DNA of 63,984 nt, filler included, from Nemertoderma westbladi (taxonomy: Eukaryota; Animalia; Xenacoelomorpha): assembly GCA_032718475.1 (NCBI GenBank). It is 3 parts of 3 records of this genome, joined end to end, with 100 filler letters (N's around TTAATTAATTAA, not from the genome) between each part and the next. Parts side by side here need not be neighbours in the genome. Positions count along the whole stretch, not along the records: positions 1 to 31,995 come from JAUCBJ010001673.1; 2 more parts are not named here. One strand, given 5' to 3'. Shown here one piece after another: positions 1 to 13,269 of the stretch. The position numbers and the translations under genes were made by a program. The notes under the pieces are model-generated. The model searched no databases, was not told where the DNA came from, and saw nothing but the letters and a program-made list of their open reading frames with translations. How positions within the stretch are numbered: position 1 is the stretch's first letter; the number at the start of each line of letters is the position of its first letter.

Positions 1-2956
1 CCTTTGTTGAGTTTGCCCCCAACGATGTCGCCATAGTGAAACTATATTATTATTGTTTCGTATTCGAATTATTGTGAAATTATATTATTATTATTATATC
101 CTTATATCATTAAATTCAGATAAGGATTAATCAGACTCCGACAAGATATCATTGGACTCATCATAATAATTCATTACCGGTATCTCTCCTTATGTTTCTT
201 CTGCCCGTTATCCTTTCACACAGACACATTCTTTCATTTCGCAGCATAAATTTTCTCAGTTATATCGGCTCAACTCTATATACCAACTCAACGTTTTTTG
301 ACATATTTTCCTCTTCCTTCCTTTTCTCCAATTGAAGATGATTGTAATGCCTCGCCCCTATCACCTTTCTGAATATAATGTCCCTCCTTGTCATTCTGTT
401 AATGGCAGATTCTGGATAGACGGTGCAAACTGCAAACACCCCCCCCCCCCCCCCCCCCTCACCATCAATCAAGAACCACATTTCAATGTAAAAACATAAT
501 TCATCTAACCTCTGGTAGCCATATTCACAAAAGGCAAACACATGGTAAATACCACTGATAGAGGTCTGTTGATTGAGGTCTGATGACCAGTACTGCAGTA
601 GGCCTACAACATAAACAACCAACTGTTTTGAATTTCCCCCTTACATCCGTATCACTGTACCTCATTGTATAAATCACATTTGGTGATAGGGTGTAATAGT
701 GCAATTTGAAATCCATTGTATCAACTATGTTATTATACTATCATTCTCACCCATTTAAAAAAAAACTGATAGAGGTCTTTGCTAGAGGTGTTTACTAGGT
801 AATTACTGGACATGATTGCCAGTAAACACGTGGTATATACCTAATGATATTCACAAAACTAAAAGTATGTATTACCTACCTGTATACCAAATTTGCTGGA
901 GGAGGGGTCGGGCCCAATCAGTATTTTGCAAACACCGAATTTGTAAGCTGTATTGAATTATTAATTATATCAATTATTATTAGTAATTTAGTAATATTAG
1001 TTATTATTATTATTTATTATTAGTACACCGTATTTCTCCCTTAATGATGTCATTTGGTTGAATTATGATGTACAATAAAGGAGCTACAGAAACATAAGTC
1101 AAAATAATTTGAAGTCAAAAAATTTGTAGTGGCGTGATGCGGTCTGCTGTCAAACACCTTAGTAGAGGCAAAAACAATATTTCCCATACGAAAACAATGT
1201 AGTTACTCACTGAGAATGGCTCCCCCTAGCGGTAATGGAAGAGTAACACTACTAGGCCTGTATTAGTCATTGCAAAGATATACTGGTACCGGGTACTGAT
1301 GATGTTGGATACATACATTATCAAAAGTTTCACTTTCCGACTTAGGCCAACTATGTACACGGTACTGTTTTATGATCGTTGCTAGGTAACAATAATAACA
1401 ATTATCTCAAAGAGTTTAAATAATATTACTTATTTTCTTCTTCTTCTTCTTCTTTTGTTACTTCTTTAAATAATATTACTTCTTCTCTTCTTATTACTTC
1501 TGTTACGGTAGATAGCTAGCTGCCAGGTAGGCCTATATCAAAATGGTTTCTAATGCTGCAAAAGCATTGCCATTCGCCGAAGAGGAAAAAAACAAAACTT
1601 GTGGAATTGTGCATCCTTTATGAAGAACGCATTCATCACGCAAACACTTATGACAAGGATAGCCACTGTCGCCCAGAATGAGTCCTTCCCTCTGATTTGT
1701 TTCAAAAGTATCCCAAATATAATTTCAAAAAATACTAGCAGCAAAAAAACAAGCTTTTATAATTTCAAAAATACTAGCAGCAAAAAAACAAGCTATCATA
1801 AAAAACATATCTTCTAATGTTCTAGAACACTCACCAATACCAAAAAAATTTAAAAACTCTGTCTCTAAAAAAAAGGGGGTGTCGACAGGGCGAAGTAGGG
1901 AACCTTTTGCTTAAGGAGTGCCCATTTTAAACGTAACAAAAAAAATTACCGACGTTTGCGACATTTGCGAAATTCGCCACCTTTGCGAAATTCGCGAAGA
2001 ATCCACCAGTTTCTGTGCCCTACTCATACAGTACCGTACATACTATTAATCCATTTTATCAAAGCTACCTACAAAAAAAACAACTAAAACAAAATCATTC
2101 GCAGTATTTGGCACTGACTACATAATTACCACCATAACCTGATGCTTGCAACTCATCCCACATCTGTACACAAGGCACAAACTTTAAAATCATTAAATTC
2201 AAACCTAGGTACGTTTTTAAAAAACATTAAATCACAGTAGGATAAAATAGAAATCTTTAATCCACTGAAGCAACAAATATAATCAAAAATACTGTCCTAT
2301 TCATATGTTGACAAATGTGATGCGCCTTCCCGATTTAACCACCATCTATACTGTGCAAATAAAATTTATAACCTCAAATTTATAATATAAATCCTACTGT
2401 GATAATAACATACTGGTAACTAAATATACTGTATTATTACAGTAGTACTCTATATGTTTATTATTAAATGCTTATTTTAATACCGCAATAATTTTTATTG
2501 TCCATTTTTATCCTTTTTTTGTCAATTTTTTTTGATTTTTTATGTCATCCAAAAGTCTAATGTTAGGTTCCATGCTACCGGTTTCTCTACTGCTGTTCTC
2601 TCAGGCTATCAGTACCGGTTAGTATATATATAGCACTATTTTGCTGTATTGTATGTACAGATGTAGGTATAAAGCAGGTATTTCTGTATTTTAGTACCGG
2701 TACCGGCACTGGTACTGCTATAGGCCTACTGTGTAGCCTACCATTTAAATACGGTAATGGTATGCCTACCGGTTGTGCTAATAAATTTTAAATAATTGAT
2801 AGGCGAAACTGGATTGCAGGATTGTGGAAAATGTGGATATACCTTTCACATAATTTAGGCCTTACTGTATTAGTTTTATAATCAATAATGGATCATGACT
2901 ACTGTCTGAGTAGTGTTACGGATAGCGGCTCCACTACTTCCAACAGCACAGAAGGC

Positions 2957-3465
2957 CCGCCTCTGTAACCTGCCCCTTTCCCTCAATTAGTTAAATGATC
3001 GTTTATTGTTTTGGTTAGAAAATCCCGTCTCTGTAACCTGCTCCTTTCCCTCAATTAGTTAAATGATCGTTTATTGTTTTGGTTAGAAAATCCCGTCTCT
3101 GTAACCTGCTCCTTTCCCTGATTTGGTAAAGTGACTGTTTATTGTTTTGGTTAGAAAATCCCGCCTCTGTAACCTGCTCCTTTCCCTCAATTAGTTTAAG
3201 TGATCGTTTATTGTTTTGGTTAGAAAATCCCGCCTCTGTAACCTGCTCCTTTCTCTCAATTGGTAATGTTATCGTTTATTGTTTTGGTTAGAAAATCCCG
3301 TCTCTGTAACCTGCTCCTTTCCCTCAATTAGTTAAATGATCGTTTATTGTTTTGGTTAGAAAATCCCGTCTCTGTAACCTGCTCCTTTCCCTGATTTGGT
3401 AAAGTGACTGTTTATTGTTTTGGTTAGAAAACTCGGCCTTAACCTGCTCCTTTCCATCAATTGGT
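2957..3465. repeat. Tandem repeat, ~69-bp unit, about 7 copies
   Basis: Recurring gtctctgtaacctgctcctttccctcaattagttaaatgatcgtttattgttttggttagaaaatccc with minor variants. Confidence 0.95.
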
Positions 3466-4262
3466 AATTGTTTTTGGCTATAAAATGAGTGTTTTGCTAC
3501 GTCATGTGGTAATCGATTATCGACAACAACCACAAACTATTAAATATAGAGTCTTTTTACCACAGGCGCATATGGAAATCTATCTCATAGTCTATAAATC
3601 ATGGAATCATGGAATGTTTTGGCACAGGCATAGTGAAATCAACTGTCTGACAGTCCAGAAATCAGCAGTCTGACAGTTTGAAGAAATACATACATAAAAA
3701 GTGACAATAAAAGTCATTAAATGGACAACAAAAGTCATTATGCATAATTCGTAAAAAAAAAGTGACAAAAAAAGTCAAATAAATTGACATAAAAAATCAC
3801 TGCCTTTTAATACCCAACCAATCAGTATAGAAATATAAAAGAACTAAGAACTACATCCCTTACACCTTCATTTAAATATAAATGGCGAATTAAGGCAAAG
3901 CAAGGCATATTCCCAGTTTGCAATGCATTGCATATGGATGATGATTTTATTTGTCCTGTATACCTGTCGGTATTGGATAGACTTAAACTCTGACATTCGA
4001 TTATCTGTAACACTTGGATGATCAATGTAAATAACAACAGTTTCAACTACTCTCCCATCTCCACTTCGGGTCTATTCCCCCAACATATAAAATTGATATT
4101 TTAAAACTACCAACGTTTCATCATTACAGATTAGGTTCCTTAAGACTTGTCTTAAGGAACAGTTGATACCTACCTACTTAAGGAACTTTTACGATCATAA
4201 TGTGGTTAAATATAGCAGGTTAGTGGACACGTTTATTTCCAAAGCTATACGCATCGATATAT

Positions 4263-7230
4263 GTGAGTTGTATGTTAGAATACGTTATTACCAGCGTGAA
4301 TGGCATCACACACAGAAGGATTATGGATTACATCGCAACGGGTTTCTCGACGGTCGTTTCTAGGACCCGAGCCAGGACTTTAACCAAGTTTATTAAATAT
4401 TGGTTAGGAAGGATATACGGACGGGAGTTTACAGTGCGAACACGGATCTTAGATGGGAAATTACTTCGATTAAGGAAGTTCGAGGGGATGCAGCAGGCTA
4501 ATAAATTAAACCCTCATTGGTTGGTCCCAACACAACTGCACTACCGCCCGTTATGTGGTGGAAGGGGAGCAGAAGGTTCGAGCGGACCCAGGCGGAATGT
4601 AGTTAATCTATCGGGCACGGCGATGACGGAAACTCAACGAGACCTACTGGCTTTAGGTTTAAATTTTATCCCAAGGACAACTAGCAAGAGAAGCTGTATG
4701 ATGGAGGCGAACACGGCCGTGTCGATGTTTACTTCGAGGATCAGGAACGCAGTGAAGAGGAAGGAGCAACGCGAGGCGGATACGGTGATCCGCGAGGACG
4801 ACGAAGATGGCGGGGACAGCGACAGAAGTGCGGCAGAGGTTTCCTTCGCGACCCCAGATGACCAGGGGTGGTTCCTACTGGAACGGGACCCAGAGTTCGC
4901 TCGGTGGACCCAGGGGATTACGACGACGTGAATGTAATGGTTATCACACACGACGATGGTGTGGAGGCGCCTTCCGCAAAGCGTAACCTCTTTCAACGTT
5001 TGAGTACACCGATTCGAGGCGATCCCAGTTTTTTACAGCGGGAGGAGGGAGGGGATGGGTTGCCGACATGCGGGGAGGAGTCCCCGGAGAGGGTTAGGAG
5101 GCCCACCACCATCAGGCAAATACCAATCAGTAGGACCGTCCCGGATTTTAACGACAGGAAGAAGGTGGAACCGTTACTGTTTAGGAAGCTTGTCATCCCT
5201 CACAAGCACAGATGGGTCGCTTCTAATTGTCAGGATGAGGCAATGGAAGCACTAGACACAACCTTACATAGGGAGGTAAGTAAGGTTTCAGGAAGTCACC
5301 CGGAACGAAATGTTTCACCGAATTTAAACTATAAGCAATCTAATGCGATTAAACAATTGAAGCGTAGCCCCGCCGTATCGGTGGTAAGGGGTGATAAGAC
5401 AGGGAATTTGATTTTACTGGATACGGTAGACAAGGTAATGAAATGAAGAGGATTTTGGAAGATACCTCATCGTACGAAGTTACCTCGTCGGATCCCACTA
5501 AGGCGTTTTTAACGGATTTGAAGATTATCGTGGATAATTTGGGGTTAGAGGACGAGAAACTGAAGAAATATTCGGTGCCGAAGAACCCGGATGTAGGGTA
5601 CCCTTACCCACTCTACAAGGATCATAAGGACGAAGCTACAAGAATGCCGCGGGAACCAAGAAGCTACCGAAAGCGCGTTTAATAATATCTTCGGAGGGGA
5701 CACTCATTGAGCCAGCGGGAAAGTTACTCAATTCTGTGTTCCAACCCATTTGTTGTAGGATGGATCATTACGTCAAAGACTCTAGGGAGGCGAGGAAACT
5801 GTTACCAAGCGATACTTTCGATGAAGTGACATTCATGACTTTAGATGTTACTGATATGTATCCCTGTATACCACACCATATAGCACTGGCTGCAATGGAG
5901 CAGGTTTTAGTAGAGAACGAAGACATTGTGGAAGCATCGGGTTTAACCATTGCCCAGCTGATAATACTCCTAAGATACGTTCTAGAACATAATTATTTTG
6001 CTTACAAGAAGGCGTTTTACATTCTGATCAAGGGATTAGCGATGGGGGGCGTTAGTGGCAAATCGACGGCTGTGTTGACGGTCAACAAGCTACACAAGGT
6101 ACAAGCATGTGGATCTGATAGCGATTTTCAACGCGGTTTATTTTAAGCCTTTCATGGATGATGGTCAGTCTATTTTCAAGGGGAGACTTACCAAGCAGAA
6201 GATGGAGGAAATTATGTCGACTTACAAAGCAGAAGATAAAGGAAATTATGTCGACTTATAACAATGCTTCGATGGAGTTATTCGGTTCCAGCGAGATCCA
6301 GTTTACCTTCGAGTTTTCGAGTTCCAGTTTAGTGTTTCTCGATTTAAAGATTACGCATGACGTTGAATCGAGGAAGTTGGGCACCAGTGTGTATTTCAAG
6401 CCACTCTCCAACAAACTTCCCATTCCTTACACGAGTGACCATACGGGGGCTACGTTGGACGGCGTAGTCAAGGGGCAACTGTTACATTTCGCCCGCCTCT
6501 CAAGTAGTTTGGAGAACTACATTATGGCCCGGGATCGTTATCTTACAGACTGTTACATTTCAGGTTACCCGATAGGTTCACTAGAAGCGTTTAGGGATGA
6601 TCGTCTGTTTTCGAGAGGTTTGGGGGGGGGGGGAGAAGAATTAAGGAGGCTGTTAACATGATACCATTAGTGGTACCGAAGCTTTATAAAGACCGGTTGG
6701 GTAAGGTTTTAAAGGTATTCATGGATGACTTACGGATTTTGGGCATGGACACCACGGTGATAGCTAAATCGTCGCCGAATATCGGACACCTGTTGATAAG
6801 GAAGCGTGAACTGCCGGCCTGGACAGGCAACAGGCGGTGTGACTGTGACCGGTGTAAAACTTGTGATTCTATCGAGGATTTGAGAACTACACAATGGGGA
6901 GAGTGGATTGTGGGGTCCTTTAACTGTGTCTCTAAGAACGTCTTGTACGTAATTTGGTGCTGTGACCACTTTGATAAATTTTATATAGGGCAGACGGAGC
7001 AGTTACTGAGTGAACGAATGAATGGTCATAGGTCAATAATTAATAGATCGCGGACTGACCCAATGTTCGACCTGTTGGGCAGCGGGGAAAGACTTATTCT
7101 GGAACATTTTTCACAAGTCACTTTGACAAATTGAGGGTAGCTGCGTTTAGGCAGTTCCGCTCTAACAATGAGCGGATCCACGCGGATGCTAACTATATCG
7201 CTGATTTCAAACCGACTTTGAATGGAATGA
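4263..7230 (+). pseudogene. Frameshifted PLE ORF: N-terminal region, reverse transcriptase, Cys linker, GIY-YIG endonuclease
   Basis: VVNLSG..LLALGLNFIP; GDKTG; TLDVTDMYPCIP; GLAMGG; FMDDG near 6151; FLDLKI..TSVYFKP; CDCDRCKTC; VLYVIWC..FYIGQT..RMNGHRS; split across several frames. Confidence 0.9.
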
Positions 7231-8122
7231 GACCCACTACTTAGAAAAGGAACGGGGTTACTGGACGGAAGGGGGGGGGGGGGGTAAGATTAGAGTTACT
7301 TATTCGTTAGCCTTAACATCACCTTTACGGTTTATATGTTTTATAATTTAGCACATTTATACGTTTAGTATTTACATTACTACACTAATATTTCAATGTG
7401 ATACTTAAATGTGAATTAATGTAATGGTTAATGTTTTAATATCGTATATTATTACCGCAGTTAGTAGTTATTTCCCGGAACAGTTATTTAGCCGCAGAGA
7501 GGATACCACCCGAGGGCCGCAGGCCTGAGTGTAGTCTGTAACTGTTTTCAAGTTCCACTACCATTTATAATGCTTGATATTGTATTGATATCTAATGTTT
7601 AATATTTGAACAGTTTAATGAAGAAACAGTTCAATAATGTATATTATTCGATTAATGTACAAAAGATTATGTTTAATAATGTTTATCATTGGATTGGAGT
7701 CCCCAGTTAGAAATCTATATCATTGTATTAATTTTGAATGTATTATGTTTAACAATGTGTGATAGTGGATTAATTCTAAAGTAAAATTTTCACAATGCAG
7801 TTATTTCACTGTGTTATTTCTACTGTATGCAATAACGTTTAATATTTTAGTGGCCGGTTGGTTCAATGCGATGCCAGCTATTATTGGCCTACAGCTGTGA
7901 CATCAGCTTGTATTATATCTCTGACTGTACTGTGCATGCATACCCCGGTAACAACCGCGGTATTGTTTGCAGATTATTATTGCATTACCCGGCATGTTTT
8001 AGGCTTACTGTACCGTAGGTAGGCCTACACATTTGTACTGTACTTACTATAGTTATTAAAGGAATACATAAATTAAATTATAGTTATAGTTTTTGCTGTT
8101 GTATTGTGTCGTGCGTTATAAG

Positions 8123-8161
8123 TACCCTGATGATGGCCCTAGTGGCAATGAAACGTTGGTA
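8123..8161 (+). ncRNA. Minimal type I hammerhead ribozyme in the PLE pLTR
   Basis: tacc-CTGATGA-tg[gcc ctagt ggc]aat-GAAA-CG-TT-ggta: stem I tacc/ggta, stem II gcc/ggc, palindromic ACGT in place of stem III, as known for PLE hammerheads. Confidence 0.8.
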
Positions 8162-9839
8162 GTTTTAACATATTTATTTTTTATGTTGGGGGAATAGACC
8201 CGAAGTGGAGATGGGAGAGTAGTTGAAACTGTTGTTATTTAACATGAACCCCCTCTCCTGGAAGCTGGATGCCGTTTTGTAATAAACTTTAAAATGATCA
8301 ATGTAAGAAGACTCACACAAGAGATCTTGCTTAACCTTGGTATTTTATAGAGTAGAGTTCCGTGAAGGAACCTGCTCTATTTGATATCGTGGAAGCTGAA
8401 AGTCTGTAAATTATAGGCCATTGTGCAGATTTGTAGGTAGGAATTTCTAGAGTGTAAATTTGTAGTAGGATTTTTTGTGGTGTATATTTGTTTGTACCAT
8501 GTTGTTATTTTTGTCCATCTTATCCTATCCTATCCTTATCCTATCCAGTGTAAATAAATTATAAGCCCCAAGAATACTATAGACCCCTAGATCCCTTCCT
8601 ATAATAAAAGAATTCTATAAATTTTGTTGTACTACTTCGGTGGGTCAAAAGGATAATCATTCATGGACTGCGTAAGCAAATGACCTCCAAATTATGACGG
8701 AACTTCCCATGGTATAGCAATGATAGGGGGATTGTTTCTACTCCAATGTTGGTGTTTTCTGTTATATCCCTCTATGTGATAGTCCGCCCCCATCACTGTT
8801 GTGAGTAGTTAAAAAGGAGAGAAGAGTTTTGTTTGGTTCTGTTATCTAACAATTCTAACAATGATATACATAAACTATGAAAACAATATAACAAAACATG
8901 ATAATGAGGTAAACAATACATGACACTACCTTCACCACTGACAGAATTACCCCAAACCGCTGTGTAGAGCCCCTATAACCCCATTACTACTACCAGCTGA
9001 ACTACCTACAACATATAACATATGGACCAATAATGTTACAACTTGTTAGCACAATAGTAGTATGTGATTGGGAATGCAACCAATAAGCGACTAACTGCAG
9101 GGCTCCACACAGCCACCCACAGGCTCCACACTCCAATAGTATCCATGCGATCAACCTATATCCCCAGGCCAGGGGAACCAACCCCAATCTACCAACTACT
9201 ACAATCCACCCATGAAATATTAGCTTCGATTTAGCAACCAAATAGTCAAGTGCCGAGACATCATGCTCTTGGTGTCGTGCAGCTAAATATTTTGGTATAT
9301 ATTTAAAGCATTGTTGTATTTTAGCCCACTTCTTCAGCACGCCATGCCGCACCACAGTGCCCATCCCCCAGGGGTGGCCCATACCTAGTTACGAATATCT
9401 TCATATAATGCAACTTCGGGAACACTGTTGTAAAGTTTGAAAAAGAGCAATCCATGAGTTTCTATGAAGATATTTTGTTTGAAGATATTCTTCTAACTCA
9501 TCATCAGCTATTGAATATCAGAGAGCAATGCTAACTATGTGAAACAACTTCATAAAACATAAGGGGTTACATTAATTAGAACTAAAGTTTGAATTGCAGT
9601 CTGGCCTAATGCGTAGAAGTCATTTGATTGCAACTGTCTGTATTCAATTATTTTAGGAATATCCCATTTCGCTCATTCAGAATATTTCATAGAAGCCAGC
9701 CGTAAGTTCAGTTCTGAAATAGTAAGTACCTTGCACTGTATAATAGATAATAATTTTGAAGGTAAAGTAAAATAATTTTGGAGAATACACATAGTAGAGG
9801 TAATGAACTCTAAAATTTTATTTGAAAATTTGGAGGTTT

Positions 9840-10070
9840 GCTCCGAATAATCCTCACTGCCGCCTTCACCAATTCGTGTTCAATCGAAGGATACATATCC
9901 ACCACATCCATGGCCACTCACTAACCACCGTTATATCAATGTTTCGTTTCCACTGCTCTTATTCAAACTCCTTTCCCCTCGCTTAGACCTTGACGTGAAG
10001 CTCATTTATGAGCCCTTCCACATCTACGTTTCAGCACCTCGGTGCAACGTACCGGCTCTTAAATGGAACA
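9840..10070 (-). pseudogene. Degenerate Penelope-like RT fragment
   Basis: Minus strand reads MDVVDMYPSIEHELVKAAVR, similar to PLE RT motif A. Confidence 0.45.
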
Positions 10071-10123
10071 ACCAGTATTATATTATTATTATAACTTATT
10101 ATTTTCATATTAATATAAATTTT

Positions 10124-10410
10124 GTTGGGCACAGATTTGCAAAGTCGGTAATGACGTCCAGGTGGGATTGATCTGGTGACCTCTGGGATGGAAGTCTGAC
10201 GCTCTAACCATTCAGCTAGCAGCTCAGGTAAAATGTAGACCTGGAAATACTATCTGATACCTTGTATGTCCGCAATTTACATCCTCATGGCCTACAATCT
10301 GTCAATACCATCATATGCTGCCACTGTGCTCAACCCTACAGTACTTGGCCGTCTTTAACCACTCACTCACTACAATAAAAGGTTGGTGTATATTAACCAT
10401 GAACCATCAC
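10124..10410 (-). repeat. Dispersed ~290-bp repeat with a tRNA-like (A/B box) module, copy 1
   Basis: Homologous to 51372-51680; minus strand tagctgaatggttagagcgtcagacttcca...gatcaatccc. Confidence 0.75.
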
Positions 10411-11644
10411 TCCCGTATTATTATAGATACCAGATTTTCACGATCTCAATAGTTGATATCTATTTCATAATGGATAATAATAGTTTATATTAATTAATAT
10501 TATTTGAGATGAAAAATTTTAATTGTAACCATTTTGAGGGACTTGGGATGGTGATTCAGAGAAACTAATTCTATTAATTGTGGCACTAATAGTAGTCTAG
10601 TAGTGTCTATAAACTCGGCAAAATCCGGGGTATTTTCCATATTTAAACTGATCTACAGAGGAACCTTACCCAATGGAGAGTTGCAAAAAATTTAAAGAGG
10701 TTTAAGAATATAAATAATATAATAATACAGTATTTTAGTTGTAAAAGCACGTGAATTTAATCACTCCTTAAACCAGTATTTATTGTAATTATAACATAAA
10801 TGCCAATGAACCAATGAATACTTTATAAATAATTATATAGCCAATAATGTAATAATATAATAAATAAAGAGGTATACCTAGAGTCTTTCACCCCACAAAC
10901 TACCCAAAACCATACAATCAGGACATTAAGCCCATAATAGTACTCAGCCACTAAGGCCATCAAAAAGCTCAAACAAAACAAACGGAAACAACTTAAACAA
11001 AACGCAAACTACAAACTACAAACAAACATGTTAACATGGTCAACATACAGGTATATAACGCAACCCTATCCCTAAACTTAACCGCCCTACACTAAATGAT
11101 ACCGGTATTACACTGCACGAAAGCTAAGCATATTAATCTATAATAAAATATATGACATTTTTGCCGCCGCAAAAGGGAGAACTAAGGCAAAAGTAATTAA
11201 TTTATCAAAAATATGGTTGCGTTTCGGTGTCTGAAACGACACCGAAACTGCTGCTAAAGCTAATCTATACTGCTAATCTCCGACACCAAGTCAGCTGGAC
11301 AGGGAATTAGCCAATTCCTATCTATACTGCACCAATACCCTAAAGTAATTGAACCAATCAACTCAGTTACCAACTATACCAAACAGACGCCAGTGAAACC
11401 ATAAAAATAGGCCTATGGTAATAAAGGGAGATAATGAGAGTGAATCACACCTAATTTGTACATACAGTAGTAACAATAAAGACCGGGTTTGCCATTTTTT
11501 CCATGTGAGGTGAGCTGAATTCCATGAAACCGAATGAATACAGGAGTATCTTTAGTGAAATTAACATTTTCGCTGGATGAAACTTTTCAAAAATGCATTA
11601 TTTGAATCCAAATTTTGACCATCTTTCCTTTAGTACCCTGAAAG

Positions 11645-12176
11645 TACTACTACTACGATCGGCATGCTGCATTGCTGCTGTATTATATACATATTACATA
11701 TACATTAAGAATGCTGTGCCGGCTTGTCGACAACTCCCTATTAACCATGACATTTGCTAGATCAAGGCTATCGTCTTTTAAGAAACGTTTCAAGAAAGTC
11801 ATGGGCTGTCCAGTCCACCATGCTTATTCACTCCATGAGGCCGCCAAAGCACAAGATTAAGCACTGGCTGGTCCTCATGGCGAAAGCAATGTCCTGCAAA
11901 GCGGAGGCAGTTACGTTCAAGTGTCAAGCTAGGGGAGAGTAATGGAACACCTCCAATGTTGCATAGAGTCTGGTTGGAGATGTGTTCATTGTACTTGACA
12001 CAATGAAGCGTAGCATTCTTGTGAATGTGCCATCCAGAGATTTGGTGTCCTCGGCAGTTAGAGCCCAGCATGGACTCCCATAGAGGAGTACTGGAACTAC
12101 TGCTGCTCTACATAATCGAACCATAAGGTTCCGTTTTATTCCATGGGACTTCCAAATCCTGGACAGACTATCGTAA
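11645..12176 (-). mobile_element. RTE-clade LINE, 5'-truncated 3' fragment
   Basis: RIWKS..RLCRAAVVPVLLYGSPCW..LDGTFTRMLR..RLRFAGHCFR; (TAG)n tail; same family as 61210-62685. Confidence 0.9.
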
Positions 12177-12207
12177 GTAACCAACATGTAGACCCCCCAA
12201 TGCCCCC

Positions 12208-12814
12208 TTAATGTATCCCACACTTCAATTTTAGTCTATTATAGACATACAAAGCTTCCTTCCTAATGTTGGCACTGAAACTGAATACAATAATAGGGTT
12301 AGCTAAGAAGTCAAACATGGGAAAGAGTGTACTTGTTAAATGGTATATTAGAAATTGCTTAGAATTCAACAATTCTGCATTTACTTTGTCCCCTAATGTG
12401 TATATAATACTCTGAGATAAATAAGATAAACCAAAAACGATTGTAATTGTAAACAACATCATTGTTGATCGATACGTGTTGATTTTACGCTTTTGACTTT
12501 GTGTGGTGTCTTGTGATGGTCTCCTACACCCTCCACTGATCATAATAACATGCTTGTCGGCTTTATTAGCGAGTTTGATCGCTATAGCAGAGTACAGAAG
12601 TATCATTGTTGTCAATGCTGCCAGGAAACTATAGTGGTAGGTAGATTGTGAAATGGAATAGGATAAAAGGATTACCTCTGTATCTGTGGTATGAGTAATG
12701 GACACAAGTACCCAAATTGAAGACAACAGTGCCACCGACATACACAAGCCTATCAAAGCCATGGCGACCTTTATACTTGGCCCTTGGCTGAAAGGTCTAA
12801 ATACCACTCGAAAT
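12208..12814 (-). CDS. Rhodopsin-like (class A) GPCR, exon 2 (ICL2 to C-terminus, TM4-TM7)
   Basis: Acceptor tttcag|A at 12815; completes the ERF (DRY-like) motif with exon 1; hydrophobic helices; TM7 FDFLANPIIVFSFSANIRK; stop at 12208-12210. Confidence 0.8.
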
Positions 12815-13269
12815 CTGAAAAACAAAAAAATAATTTCTTTAAGATACACGATCATTCAGTCAGTAGCTAGAAATAAATTTAAATCTTTTTTTTCGGATCC
12901 AAAGTGGATCCAAAGCCTAAATGGGTTGACGTTTGACTGTATTATCTCTCTGGGTACCCCTTTACCTGTTATCCTGTCAGAAGCCAACCCATTCCTGATT
13001 GTGCAACATTTTTTGTGTAACTAGATCCAAATCAAAAGCAACCAAAAGCTACCAAAAACTACCATAAATATTTGCAAAAGCGACTGAAAGAGAGCCAAAT
13101 AAGAAAGTTAATTTCATGTTTATTGGCTGATTTGTAGAAAGTTAACCTTGTATGTTTACAAAGTGGCGGCCGAAACACCAATAACTAAAGTTTCATATAA
13201 CCGTAAACCTGCCCGTGCCCATTGACCTGAAGGCCAATTAGAAGCGAAATTCCAAGCGAAATTCCACAA

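Larger units (their letters stand above)
4031..8293 (+). mobile_element. Penelope-like retroelement (RT + C-terminal GIY-YIG) with an inverted 5' pLTR fragment
   Basis: 13-bp TSD atgatcaatgtaa at 4018-4030 and 8294-8306; 4029-4121 is an inverted copy of 8148-8240; PLE-type RT and GIY-YIG motifs inside. Confidence 0.92.

Noticed and set aside
260-716. Short minus-strand ORFs at the window start
   Set aside because: I recognised no domain or splice structure, and the polyglycine comes from a homopolymer run.
4263-7230. Selenocysteine-encoding (Naiad-type) PLE
   Set aside because: The breaks are mostly frameshifts, the linker cysteines use normal Cys codons, and I recognised no SECIS.
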